A stretch of DNA of 59,575 nt from Trichomonas gallinae (Eukaryota): positions 1 through 59,575 of the forward strand of contig MRSU01006904.1 of the NCBI GenBank assembly GCA_008369845.1, given 5' to 3'. Numbering within the stretch: the first letter of the stretch is position 1; each line of letters begins with the position of its first letter. Positions 1-11,213 of the stretch are shown here, in pieces. The translations under genes were made by a program, and so were the position numbers. The notes below the pieces were generated by a model. The model did no database searches, was not told where the DNA came from, and saw nothing but the letters and a program-made list of their open reading frames with translations.

Positions 1-145
1 GGTACCATTATTTTGTAAACTAAAATTGAGAGATGACCGTCAGATTCACTTATGACCCTCAAATTCATATACGGTATTTCTTGAAAATTTGAGATTATGA
101 AATTTTAATAAATATGCGTTTATATATAACAATAATAGTTAAATC

Positions 146-1318
146 TTAGTTTCCTTCTAACGTTGTAAGCATATCAGCTTCGATGAATTTGCTCTGTTTA
201 ATTCTAGCTTGAGGTGCATTTTCATCATTTTGCCTGTTATGCTTCTTGATGCCTTTATGTTTCTTCGGAGAATGATGAGGTTCGAGTGTGAATGTTCCTG
301 TTTCATCAATTGTCATTGTCATGTAATCAAGATATTGATTAATCTTAGGATTGGAGATCTCCTTGACTCCCTGTATTGGATCTGGATCGTTTCCAAATTT
401 GCCGCGATTTGTAACAACATGGTAATTTTCATTCATTGTTGTAAGTTCGTCGATTGTCTGGTCAGAGTTATAGAATGGATCTTGTTTATTAGGCTTAGGA
501 ACAAGATATCTGCTTGATATAACTTGTTTCTTCTTATTTAGCTCGCCTTCGTCATCATCTGATCTGAACAAGTCAAGACCATATTTCCTGACCTTGTTTT
601 TCTTGCTTGGAACAAATTGTGGAATTGGAGCTTTCGGACTTTGTGGAGAAGACTCGCCGCTGTTTCCTTCAAGCCTGTCCATTACCTTCTTGTATGAGTT
701 TAGAGCGTTAATATTCACCTTTCTGTGGCTCTTGTTACTTCCAGAAGAAGATTTTCCTGAGGATGAATTCTTTTGGGAGCTTGATGTACTACTCTTAATA
801 TTATCCTCTTTGTTGTCTTCTTCTGGTGGCTCGCTGATGTTTAGTGATGAATTAGAATCTTCCTGCGAATTTGATGATTTTTGCTCTAATTTTAATGAAC
901 TCTCATTCTCATTCGATTCAGAGTTGTGTGACGGTATCGATTCTTCATAATTATCAGATTTAATTGAAGTGGCTGATTTCTTCGAACGAATTGATTGTTC
1001 ATTTGATTGACTATTCGTCATTTCTTCCTCTTCTTCGTGCACTGAAGTCGATATTTTTTCGCTGTTTGCAGAAATTGTTATTGCAACTTTAGAATATTCT
1101 GATTTTTCGTGGACGGACTGAGAGTTTACGTTTTCGCTATTGCTTTCTAATTGAATTTCGTAATTAGATTCTTCGTAACTCGCACTTGATTCCTCTTGAA
1201 TCTTTTTTGTAATGGGCTTAACTATAGATTTCAATGATTCCTGCGAATTCTCTTTAACCGATCCATGGTCGCTGTAATAATTATCATCGTGGGAAGCTGA
1301 GTAATTCTGCTCTGTCAT
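146..1318 (-). CDS. Hypothetical Ser/Glu/Asn-rich low-complexity protein (~390 aa)
   Basis: Long ORF 146..1450. The first 44 codons are AT-rich and look like UTR, so the ATG at 1318 (MTEQNYS) is the likelier start. Acidic Ser-rich N-half, basic C-half, no recognisable domain. Confidence 0.75.
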   Translation of the reverse strand: MTEQNYSASHDDNYYSDHGSVKENSQESLKSIVKPITKKIQEESSASYEESNYEIQLESNSENVNSQSVHEKSEYSKVAITISANSEKISTSVHEEEEEMTNSQSNEQSIRSKKSATSIKSDNYEESIPSHNSESNENESSLKLEQKSSNSQEDSNSSLNISEPPEEDNKEDNIKSSTSSSQKNSSSGKSSSGSNKSHRKVNINALNSYKKVMDRLEGNSGESSPQSPKAPIPQFVPSKKNKVRKYGLDLFRSDDDEGELNKKKQVISSRYLVPKPNKQDPFYNSDQTIDELTTMNENYHVVTNRGKFGNDPDPIQGVKEISNPKINQYLDYMTMTIDETGTFTLEPHHSPKKHKGIKKHNRQNDENAPQARIKQSKFIEADMLTTLEGN

Positions 1319-2211
1319 TTGGAAAATAAAAAAAAATGCTCGTAAATTTTTGAGAACAAAACAATTTAATTTTTGCGGTTTAAATTTGATATAGACCGCC
1401 CATGATGCTCTAGAAAATGATGCTAAAATCAAAGCCTTACATTTCCCCATAATAAATTTGTAAGGCCCTGCAATTTATTATCAAATATTATTATTTGTTT
1501 TTGAAATATGTTGCTTGTTATTAATTAAATTATAACGATTATATATTTATTTGTCATTCTGACAAAGTAAAGTATTATTAACTGAAAATAATAACCTTAT
1601 TGAATAATAATTTCAAATATTACAAATTTCAAAAGCATTTGGCATATGAACAGAATATAGGTTATCAAACCAAAATAAGACGAAATAAGTTAATTTTCAA
1701 TTAATTTGTCACTCTGGAGCTCTTATGAGCATTCCAATGGCAAATTGGATGGTAAACAATCTACGACCTACAGATGCTACCTTTAAGATTGTTCCGCGAA
1801 TGAAATTACTTCATTTATCTTTTTCAAAAACAACTATCCCCTGTTTAAAATTAAAATCCCTGCTTATTGAATGTTTACAATAGCAAATTGGAGATAATTT
1901 GATAAATATAATATACACATTATCGAAATGCCAATGACATGAAAATCAGAAACAAGGAAGCAAATCAAAATTAATTACTTCATTGTTCTCCGATTTCCTC
2001 ACATCTAGATAACCACATAAGTTCCAATATTTAGTTTCCATCATTGAAAATTTGGTATTGTTTCTAAACGCACTGAATATAACAAAAAAAAACTTTTGAA
2101 TACTATTCAAAAAATTCAATGAATTCATTTAGACACTGTTTATTCTCATAAAAGAAAGATTATTAAGCGAAAAATTGAATGCGAATTGAAAATCCATTTT
2201 CATAGAGTTTT

Positions 2212-2239
2212 TGCGGTTACTACTTTTTACATTTTCACT
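2212..2239 (+). promoter_or_regulatory. Trichomonad core promoter: M3-like element (TGCGGTTA, 2212-2219) plus Inr (TCACT, 2235-2239)
   Basis: Matches the recalled T. vaginalis Inr TCA(T/C)(T/A) and motif-3 consensus, about 10-40 nt upstream of the ATG at 2250. Confidence 0.55.
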
Positions 2240-2249
2240 CAAATATACA

Positions 2250-3227
2250 ATGAACGAAACTGAGCTCGAATTTTTCTCTAATCAAGGAATATCTTATATG
2301 CAAACAATTGCTAGTGGAGGATATGGCGTAATCTTCCTTGTGCACAGCCAAAAATACAGTTCCAATTTCGCATTGAAAAAAATTCCCGATGAATATTTTA
2401 ATGAAACCGAAGTTAAATGCCTCATAGCTATTGATAACCCACGAATTGTAAGATTATACCAGTATTACAAGTTTAACAATTTCGTATATTTATTAATGGA
2501 ATTTTGCCCAACAGATTTAACGAAGCTGTTGAAGGTACATCCAAATATAGACAATGATGTTATATTTAAATACACCTATGACTGCATTCTTGCTGTCCAC
2601 GCTTGCCACAAGAACAATATTGCTCATTGCGATATAAAGCCAAGCAATTTCCTTATTGACAAATATGGAAGAGTCAAAATCAGTGACTTTGGTCTCTCCC
2701 TTATTTACCAAGACTTAGATCCAAGGGTTGCCCAGAAATGGCAAGGAACAAAAGTATTCATGTGCCCTGAGATTCTACACAAGAGAGAATACAACCCAAT
2801 GCTCGCTGATATATGGGCATTAGGATGCACCATATATTATATCATTACTGGATGCACGCCGTTTGATACAAGAGATACAAGAATTTTGCTCCACAGAATA
2901 GAAAACAAGCAATATGACCTTCAACTTATTAAAGACATCAGACTCAAGTATATAATCCAGAGGTGTCTTGAGCCAGAACCGGAAAAAAGAATAACAATTT
3001 TTGAATTGTTAAATCTTGAAGTATTTAAACAGTTTGGCTCATATACTCAAGAACAGTATACTAATCCCAATATCGTCAACACAAAAAGAGGCGATATTAT
3101 CTTTAAACCTAAACTTTCTAACAGAAAGTCCATGTTCACAGTTCACACCAACTCCTGCTTGAAGGGATTCAATGGTATGAGAATTCAACTTGCAAACGCA
3201 CCTTCAAAATCAATGGAACACATTTGA
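2250..3227 (+). CDS. CAMK-group Ser/Thr protein kinase, non-RD (array member K1)
   Basis: Motifs ASGGYG, FALKK, HCDIKPSN, DFG, CPE, DIWALG. Start moved from TTG 2211 to ATG 2250 (MNETELEFF), matching paralog N-termini. Confidence 0.93.
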   Translation: MNETELEFFSNQGISYMQTIASGGYGVIFLVHSQKYSSNFALKKIPDEYFNETEVKCLIAIDNPRIVRLYQYYKFNNFVYLLMEFCPTDLTKLLKVHPNIDNDVIFKYTYDCILAVHACHKNNIAHCDIKPSNFLIDKYGRVKISDFGLSLIYQDLDPRVAQKWQGTKVFMCPEILHKREYNPMLADIWALGCTIYYIITGCTPFDTRDTRILLHRIENKQYDLQLIKDIRLKYIIQRCLEPEPEKRITIFELLNLEVFKQFGSYTQEQYTNPNIVNTKRGDIIFKPKLSNRKSMFTVHTNSCLKGFNGMRIQLANAPSKSMEHI

Positions 3228-4256
3228 TTTGCTGAATTAGTACTTTAATTGAGATTTTGTTTATTCGAAATAAATTGTTTGTAGTTTTATTAGCATTTAA
3301 TCTTAATATCAAACTCATAATGGCAAAGATGAAAAAAATCAAAGTTTTAAAAACAAAATATTGCTATTTTTTCTAAAATGCAGATGATGTTGACTTCATT
3401 ATTATTTATTCCAAAATCAACGGATTGAATGACGGACATGTTTTTGAATTCTTATCTCTTCAAAAAAATGTAACATACTTATAGTTCAGCCTAGTTATAT
3501 GTTATCTATAGTGTTTACAGCGCGTTTAGTAACATATAATGCAATGATTATCCAAACAAAAGAATCAAAATATAGTTTATAATCGTAAAAAATGTTTTAC
3601 TCTTCGAAATAATGTGTTAAATCTGTTTATTTGATGATTATCATATGTTTGGCTGTTTGATACAAATTTTTTTCAAGGACAGATAAACTAATTAGTTGAG
3701 CTAATATCCTATCGGTCTGTCTAATGAGAAAATTTCCAGGATAATAATAAAAACAAAGAAATATTTTTGAGAAAATTATTTGTAAACTAAATAAAAATGT
3801 CAAATCATTAATGATTTGAGACACGTAAAGTGTCAAAATGTCAAAAAGTTCTGAAATTATTAAAAATTATAAGATTTTCGATAAAATTAAATTTGTCGTA
3901 AGGGAACTTAGAAGGAACTGACCAAAATTCGATTTTTTTAAAATTTTTAAATCATATTTGAAATTTTGAATAAAACGTTGTGAATTCCAATTTTAATTTT
4001 ATAATATTACTATAAGATATATTATAAGCAGTTTTTCTCATATCTATTTTTTCAATTATGCGAATAATATAGGGAAAAATTTTGAAAATTGTTATATAAC
4101 CATAGGATATTAATACAATGTTAATTTCAAACAATTCGTTTTTTACTTTGAAATTTTAAATTAAAAAAGAAGATATTGTTGATATTGTCCATATGATTAA
4201 TATTATTTTTAACAAGATTTTATGTAAGAAATTTTTTTTCTATTCATTTAGAAACA

Positions 4257-5252
4257 ATGAACTTTGATGAAATCAAGTATTTCGAGTCTGTTGGTATTGC
4301 TATTATCAAACAGATAGGTTTCGGTGGATATGGAGTCGTTTTCTATGTCTATAGCAACCAGTATCAGAGTTATTTCGCACTCAAAAAGATTCCTGAAAAG
4401 TATTACAAAGAAGCAGAGGTCGAGTGCCTAAAGGTTATTGATGACCCAAGGAAAGTTAGCTTATACAAGGTCTACAAATTCAATATGTGCGTCTATCTAC
4501 TCATGGAATATTGCCCTACCGACTTAACGCGAGTTTTGAAGGTAAAAGGTAAGATTTCCAATGATGTAATCACTAAATACATTAAAGAAATGATACTTTC
4601 AGTTAAAGCATGCCATGACAGAAATATAGCTCATTCCGATATAAAGCCAAGTAATTTCTTGATTGACCAATATGGAAGAATCAAAATCACAGACTTTGGT
4701 CTTTCAACAATCCACATTGATGCCCCGAAAAGCTCCTTATTTTTAGGTACAAAATTATTTATGGCTCCGGAGATTTTCACTCAGGCTGAGTATAACCCAA
4801 TTATAGCTGATGTCTGGGCTATTGGAGTTTCCATCTTCTATATAGTTACCAAGAAATATCCATTTTTCAATGAAAATGACGTTCTTCTCGAATATCAGAT
4901 CATCCACGGCAACTACTCCTATGAACAGATTCATGACCATGATTTACGTGATGTCATACAAAGATGTTTGACAGTAAATCCTTACAAGCGTGCAACGATC
5001 GACGAGCTGTTGCTTATGCCTTATTTCATGGAGCCTCAGCAGGTTTCTGAACTGAAGCCAATTCCTACGTCTAAATCTACGCTTAATGCTGGCAAGATAT
5101 TCAAACCGTTCTCTAAGTTGCCCAAAGCTATATTCAGCGTGAAAGGTGGCTTATATCCAAATAACGCGCCAAGTTCAAGGTCTATTAGATTGAATTCCAG
5201 TATGCAGCGTCTTCCACTCGGTCTTATCACTCCAGAAGGTGATGATGAGTAA
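4257..5252 (+). CDS. CAMK-group Ser/Thr protein kinase, non-RD (K2)
   Basis: Motifs GFGGYG, FALKK, HSDIKPSN, DFG, APE. Inr TCATTT at 4244-4249. Confidence 0.94.
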   Translation: MNFDEIKYFESVGIAIIKQIGFGGYGVVFYVYSNQYQSYFALKKIPEKYYKEAEVECLKVIDDPRKVSLYKVYKFNMCVYLLMEYCPTDLTRVLKVKGKISNDVITKYIKEMILSVKACHDRNIAHSDIKPSNFLIDQYGRIKITDFGLSTIHIDAPKSSLFLGTKLFMAPEIFTQAEYNPIIADVWAIGVSIFYIVTKKYPFFNENDVLLEYQIIHGNYSYEQIHDHDLRDVIQRCLTVNPYKRATIDELLLMPYFMEPQQVSELKPIPTSKSTLNAGKIFKPFSKLPKAIFSVKGGLYPNNAPSSRSIRLNSSMQRLPLGLITPEGDDE

Positions 5253-5691
5253 TTTCAACGGTATATTATTGTTTTTAGCTGATTGTTTTAAATGTATTGT
5301 TTTTAGATATTTTATTTAACTCATTTACACCTCATAACTGGCATGAAATAGTCCAACACTTTCAATAAGAATTAGTTTTATTCATATCTTACCTCTTCAA
5401 TCAAAGATATATAATTTGAAAATTTCAATTTCGCCATTGTTTCAATATGACTAACTAAGAATAGTTTTATAATGAGGAGAATTAGCTTATTCAATCATTA
5501 ATTAAGGCTTAAAGAAAAAGAAAATGAAATTGAATATTTTACTGAAGAATTTCATCAGTAATCTATATTTATTTTGATATCTATAGGATGTATACTGAAA
5601 ACACAATTTATAAATTGAATGTTTAGGTATATAAATGATCTAATTGAATATGAATAATTTTCTTGGTACTAATAAATAAAAACAACATGAT

Positions 5692-7293
5692 TTAAACAGG
5701 CTTAATATTCAGGAACTTGAACAATTCTGACGTCTCTTTTGTCATTTCACCATTAAGAATATTATTTGATTTTGCAGAGTATTCTTTCGACCTCTGGCTG
5801 TCACTTTGAGATAATTCGGATTTTCTAGCTGAAGATTTCTTTTGGGAACTGGATGGAATCATTTGCGGTGAGTCAGGAATTCCATATTTTTGCGGAGTCG
5901 TAGTTTCTATGTTTTTAACTTGTGGGGATTGATATAATTTATCGTCCTTTTCCTTAGTAGTTATAGATTGCGGCATTTGGATGAAATCATCTTCAACATA
6001 TCTTGATTTAGGCTGAATTTGTGGTTTTTGGGGACCATATGATTTAGTTGTTATCTTCTCTTCAACAAAACTTGGTTCTTCTGGTTCATCTAATAATCCT
6101 GAAAAATTCTGAGCGCTAACTTGCTCGAAACGCTTACTTTCTTTAGGTTCTGGCTTCGGTACCTCCTGCTCAACTAATATTTTTTGCGCAACTGGTCTCT
6201 GTGGAGAAATCTTTTTCGGCTCCGGTGATTGTTGAATTTCTAAGAATTGTGGCTGTGAAGCCTGTCTCTGAGATAATTTGTCCTTTCTCTGTCTGAAGAA
6301 TTTGTTCGGTTGTTGAGTTATTGTATTTTGGACTGGAATTTCGGTTACTGCTTGTGGCGAATTAACTACATTCTTTTGCTTTTGAGATGCTAGCGATTTA
6401 ACCATCGTAATAAGAGAATTGATCGAAGATTTAATATCATTAATTTCATTTTTCATTGAAGAGACTGTTTCAACGACTGATTTGACGTCTTCTTTTGTCT
6501 GCATGAGTTCCTTTCCTAATGTTTGAATGTCTTGGCGCATATCTGTTTTCGTTGATATTCTTCCAAAACATAAGGAAAGTGACTCGCTAGTGTCTTCCAC
6601 CATTGCAGTGGCGTAAAACATTTTAGTCGAAGATTGTTGTTGTACGTGTAATTTGTAGATTTTATCCGTAATTGTTAAATAAATTGGAATTGTTGGGAAA
6701 GAAGCGGCCAGATTTGCAATTAAAGGCTGGATTGCGGTGTCATCTGGTGTGTTTACATTGAAAATCTGTGCATCGACCTGATTTTTCGAAACATTGAATT
6801 GTAATTTTGGTATTCCTGGTGTATAACGAATTGGCCTTGGTGCTGCCTCAACTTCTTCGAATGTAGTCTTAAATGTTGGAAATGGGAAGTAAAATCTGAA
6901 AATAGAAACGTTATTTTGAAAATAATGATAACAAACCATTTTGTAGATCGTTTTTTCCTCCGAGAACACGGTTTGTACTGTGTTCATAATCTGTTCATTC
7001 TCAAGGGTCGGATCAGAATCTGGTAAAACCTCAGGAAAACTTTCATAGCGAATTGATATTTGATTTTCTCCGCAGGTACTTGGATAAATTTCATCGCCAC
7101 GATCATTTCCTTGAACTAATTGTGTGATCTTAATCAACGGGTTGCCTATTGGAGTATCGTAATAAATATCTCCAATCAAATATGCAATAATTCCTATTCC
7201 TTCCTCGACACCTGAAGAAATATTCGACTGTATTAATGTTTGGATCATTTCATTGGATATTGTAACAATTGGTATCAATCCTTCGCTCTTCAT
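5692..7293 (-). CDS. Hypothetical protein: globular N-terminal domain, central coiled coil, Ser/Pro/Gln-rich disordered tail (weak STIL-like resemblance)
   Basis: 533-aa ATG-initiated ORF. Heptad stretch MRQDIQTLGKELMQTKEDVKSVVETVSSMKNEINDIKSSINSL and many SP(Q) sites. Confidence 0.8.
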   Translation of the reverse strand: MKSEGLIPIVTISNEMIQTLIQSNISSGVEEGIGIIAYLIGDIYYDTPIGNPLIKITQLVQGNDRGDEIYPSTCGENQISIRYESFPEVLPDSDPTLENEQIMNTVQTVFSEEKTIYKMVCYHYFQNNVSIFRFYFPFPTFKTTFEEVEAAPRPIRYTPGIPKLQFNVSKNQVDAQIFNVNTPDDTAIQPLIANLAASFPTIPIYLTITDKIYKLHVQQQSSTKMFYATAMVEDTSESLSLCFGRISTKTDMRQDIQTLGKELMQTKEDVKSVVETVSSMKNEINDIKSSINSLITMVKSLASQKQKNVVNSPQAVTEIPVQNTITQQPNKFFRQRKDKLSQRQASQPQFLEIQQSPEPKKISPQRPVAQKILVEQEVPKPEPKESKRFEQVSAQNFSGLLDEPEEPSFVEEKITTKSYGPQKPQIQPKSRYVEDDFIQMPQSITTKEKDDKLYQSPQVKNIETTTPQKYGIPDSPQMIPSSSQKKSSARKSELSQSDSQRSKEYSAKSNNILNGEMTKETSELFKFLNIKPV

Positions 7294-7324
7294 GATAATT
7301 TTTTTTAAACGATTGCTTAATTAC

Positions 7325-7350
7325 TGACACATAAAATATTTTACATGTCA
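7325..7350. promoter_or_regulatory. Motif A (TTTACATGTCA) in an imperfect inverted repeat upstream of the 7293 start
   Basis: TGACACATAAAA-TA-TTTTACATGTCA; the arms are 10/12 complementary and lie 32-57 nt upstream of the ATG. Confidence 0.55.
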
Positions 7351-8928
7351 AAATTCGAATTGTTGATTTTTTGTTAGACTTATTCACTACGTAGTCTATA
7401 TAATTCAAATTTCGAACTAAATTAATGATCTTTACCAAATTTAGATCAAACAAAAATTAATCAATATTGAAAGCTCATCCATAATCTAATTGACACATAT
7501 ACAAAAATATATAAAGCAGCATTTCATTTTAAGTCTTATTTCCAAATTTGAAATTTATTATATAACATAAAACTGTTTGAAATATATTTGCAAATTAAGT
7601 ACTTGATGTATATATACTATACTTTTAATATGGGTTTATGTTGAACCTAAAATGAAAATATCTTGCTCATTGCAAAGGATATATCATGAAATTATAAAGA
7701 CATAATGATCTAAAAGTCTATTATATAAATTATCTACAATGAGTGATTTGATTTAACTATTATACATGTAGTTATAAATGAAAAACGCAATCCAAGCTGA
7801 TTAATACAAGGTGCTTATTTGATCAATATTATTCTGCACATATTTAGATCAATTATGTTGTGAATTCAGTTCTATTACAGCCTGCAGCTTCTAAAAATTG
7901 AAACATTGGTAATATTATGTTTTCTTGTTTTTGAGTTGGTTTCCTGATTAGTCATCAAATATTTGTGGATATATTTGCGTTTAGTTTCTTTTACATCATA
8001 TTTTGATGTAAAAATTTCAAATCATGAAAATTATTAAGTTTTAATGTTACTAATATATATAGCATGCTTATGCCGATTGACTACAATAGTTGATTCTCAT
8101 GTATGTGATTATAAAACTGTGCATATTGAAGAGTATAAAAATATTATAGATGCTAATCTGTATGCCATGATAACATATTTGACAAGTGAGTGGAATCGGC
8201 CAATGATATTTTCGAATAATTTGAAACATGTGTCATTTATTGAAAAAATCAAAAAGTAGTTCAAACGCATTAAGACAATCGTCGAAGTTTTCCAATTCAA
8301 TGTTTAATTCAATATTTGATATTAACATGAGGTGAAGGCTTTTAATGTTTTTGTCAAACAGCCAACATATTCATCCAAACTTCGGATATAAAATCTGTCA
8401 AAAGGTCTGTCCATGAGTTTAACTGAATGAGTTTGTATATTCATTACTTTTGTAAAATTTCGCTAAAATTGAAAAGATATTTACATTGAAAAGATCAAAT
8501 CGTATAAATTCTAAGCTACACATGATTTACATGCACACTGGAACAATAATGGAATTCCCAAACTTTCAAAATTATCTCTCAAATTTTAAGAATCGACGAT
8601 TATAGTAGAATTTTACGTTTTTGGTGTTTTCTACTGTCATGCATAGTGTTAATATATAGTAAAATCAGGAGAAAAATTTTCAATATCGATTCGTCTCCCG
8701 ATGATATGGCTGTTCGATTAAAATAGCCAAAGTGTCGAAATGTTTGCTCAAACATTCACAAAGTTTTCTGTTGGAGCGTAAATTCATTTTCAAAGCCATA
8801 CATAGAAATTTTCTATGTGAAGTAAAAATAACTTTATCATCAATCTTCATCGTTGTAATATGCTCATGTGGAAACTACAAATTTTCAAAAGTCTGGACAT
8901 TACTTTTCAAAATCTAAAAAAAAAATAA

Positions 8929-9912
8929 ATGCAAGAAGATTGCGATTTCCTGAAGACAAAAGGTATTGATATTATCAAAGTTATTGGCATCAGCATTACA
9001 GGCACGGTTTACTACGTCTATTCGACAAAATATAAATCGTATTTAGCGCTAAGAAAGTCAAATATTAAATACGCGAATCCAGATGAAGAAATGATCGTTA
9101 ACTCGTTAAATAAAGACCGTGTTGTTAATATAATGGAGCGATTTCAAGAAGACGAATACATTTATACGCTAATGGAATATTGTCCAATTGATATGGCTCG
9201 TATTTCATCCCACAAGCAGAAAATGACAGATGAAAAGCTATTTAGTCATATAAAGTCGATTCTTCTAGCCGTTAAAAATTGCCACGATAATGGAATCGTC
9301 CACGGAAAATTAAAGCCAAGCCACTTTCTTATTGACAATCAAGGTGATATAAGGTTATGCAATTTTGAGCTTGCAAGAGTTGTTGATCATCAAAATCATT
9401 CTATTAACAGTAACATGGGGTCGGTTTACTTTATGGCTCCTGAAGTCATAAAGAACAAGCCCTATGATCCATTTGCTGCAGATATCTGGGCACTCGGGGT
9501 AACCCTTTTTTATATCGTTACAAGAACTTATCCGTTTTATGGTGATAATAAAGCTGTAGTCCAATACAGCATTCTCCATGGAATATATAATCACAAACTC
9601 ATCACAGATATTTTATTGCGAGATTTAATTGCGCAATGTCTCGAAGTACACCCATTGAAAAGGGCTACAGTCAATGACTTGTTGTTGATGCCATATTTCA
9701 ACCAAAAAGCTCTTCAAAATAGTAGATTCAATAGAAGGCATTCGATGTTTATTCAAGAGTATCAGCCGCCTGTGACTGATCCATCAAGGCTAGGATTAAC
9801 TAAGTCAATATTCTCTGTTCAAGCTGGTCTATACAAGCAAACACATTTTCCAAAGCGTATTTGCCTTTACAGCACGGACTCCAGATCCACGGAAACTCTA
9901 GCAATCAATTAA
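8929..9912 (+). CDS. Pseudokinase paralog of the CAMK array (K3)
   Basis: Intact 327-aa ORF with LMEYCP, MAPE and DIWALGVTL. Catalytic motifs are altered: G-loop GISITG, ALRK (K to R), HGKLKPSH instead of HxDIKPSN, NFE instead of DFG. Confidence 0.9.
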   Translation: MQEDCDFLKTKGIDIIKVIGISITGTVYYVYSTKYKSYLALRKSNIKYANPDEEMIVNSLNKDRVVNIMERFQEDEYIYTLMEYCPIDMARISSHKQKMTDEKLFSHIKSILLAVKNCHDNGIVHGKLKPSHFLIDNQGDIRLCNFELARVVDHQNHSINSNMGSVYFMAPEVIKNKPYDPFAADIWALGVTLFYIVTRTYPFYGDNKAVVQYSILHGIYNHKLITDILLRDLIAQCLEVHPLKRATVNDLLLMPYFNQKALQNSRFNRRHSMFIQEYQPPVTDPSRLGLTKSIFSVQAGLYKQTHFPKRICLYSTDSRSTETLAIN

Positions 9913-10072
9913 TCTTATTTGTTTATCTTGTTCTTTGATTGTTTGTAAAAATCATGAATAAAATTACAGAATTTTGTGTTTTTCAAGACCACTATGTCTC
10001 ATTTATGTTAAATATCCAACAACCATTCTTATAATGGTTGATTTTATTAAAAAATAATAAAAAACAAACAAT

Positions 10073-11152
10073 TTAGTAGCTACTATCTGAGTAACCCAGA
10101 TCAGCAGTTTCATCATCATCGTCATCATCATCTGTTTCTTCTCCGTCATCGTTACCCAGTTCCATGAAGTATTCTTGATTATCTTCAGTGTCTTCTTCGT
10201 GTGCATCTCCATGCATATTTGGTCTTTCCATATCATCTGGCGAATGAACTTCCGAGACCTTAAGAAGGTTTGGAATTGCATTAAAACATGGACAATAATA
10301 AAATTCAAGGACGGATGCGGAACTTTTTGGTTGCATCTTAAATGTCTTTCGATCTTCTATATATGCGATATAATTTTGATGAGATTGACCGATAATATAT
10401 CTATTATCAAACTTCCATTGTTGATTCGGCTGCCCGTGATGAAGATGAGTATATACGGTTGAGCATCCATTCTCATCATTTGACATATCATCTAAAACTT
10501 GATTAGATTCTGCGCAAGAAAAAAATGCATTCTTAAATGATGGCATATAGTACCAATACTGTCGAGGGTCTGAACCAAACTTGAACGGTTTCTTTTTAAT
10601 TGGTCTTCCTTGCTCATTTAGATGAGCTGTTGTGTCAAGTGTAATTGCATACTCCTGTGCAGCCTCTGAAAACAAAATAGCCACTGGTACAAAGTATGGC
10701 GGCACATTTAATGCGTAGTCTGATATGTCAATTGTAATAGTATTGAGAAAACAAGCTTCTGGAATTTGTTGAACGAGAACAAACGATTGATTTGTCTCTG
10801 AAAGAATAACAGTCTTTCTAAGACTAGAATTACGTAATGTGCTGTCTAAATAGAACTGAGTTGACACGTCACCCGCTTGATTCGTTAATATTTGCAAACC
10901 AAGCGTTGACGTTAAATTACCTGGATTATCATCTGCCAAAACTAACTGTGGGTACTTAAGATTTCTAATTAATAATATATCTGGGCAGCAATAGTAAATC
11001 CAAATTTGTGATGTATCTTCTTTGTCTTCATCTTTAGCTACGATTTCGAATTCTTTTTCTGTATCAGGTTTCTTTTGGACGGCTACAACTTTTTCTACAC
11101 CATTTCTAATGAACTTCAGTATGAATGAATTTATCGAGCCTTGTTCAGTCAT
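10073..11152 (-). CDS. Ricin-B/beta-trefoil-like protein with acidic C-terminal tail
   Basis: QxW-type repeats SQIWIY, RQYWYY and NQQWKF, plus a VLD...YTH.HHGQPNQQW pattern typical of ricin-type lectin domains. D/E-rich tail. Confidence 0.7.
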   Translation of the reverse strand: MTEQGSINSFILKFIRNGVEKVVAVQKKPDTEKEFEIVAKDEDKEDTSQIWIYYCCPDILLIRNLKYPQLVLADDNPGNLTSTLGLQILTNQAGDVSTQFYLDSTLRNSSLRKTVILSETNQSFVLVQQIPEACFLNTITIDISDYALNVPPYFVPVAILFSEAAQEYAITLDTTAHLNEQGRPIKKKPFKFGSDPRQYWYYMPSFKNAFFSCAESNQVLDDMSNDENGCSTVYTHLHHGQPNQQWKFDNRYIIGQSHQNYIAYIEDRKTFKMQPKSSASVLEFYYCPCFNAIPNLLKVSEVHSPDDMERPNMHGDAHEEDTEDNQEYFMELGNDDGEETDDDDDDDETADLGYSDSSY

Positions 11153-11202
11153 AATTTTTGACTAACTGACAAATAAACAATATTATTTTGTCAGATATTG
11201 AT

Positions 11203-11213
11203 TTTACATGGCA
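11203..11213. promoter_or_regulatory. Motif A copy (TTTACATGGCA) about 50 nt upstream of the 11152 start
   Basis: Same orientation and similar distance to the ATG as the copy at 7340-7350. Confidence 0.5.

Noticed and set aside
22..62. Similarity of AAAATTGAGAG..GACCGT...ACCCTCA to 30637-30665
   Set aside because: Short, gapped and seen only twice; cannot be distinguished from chance.
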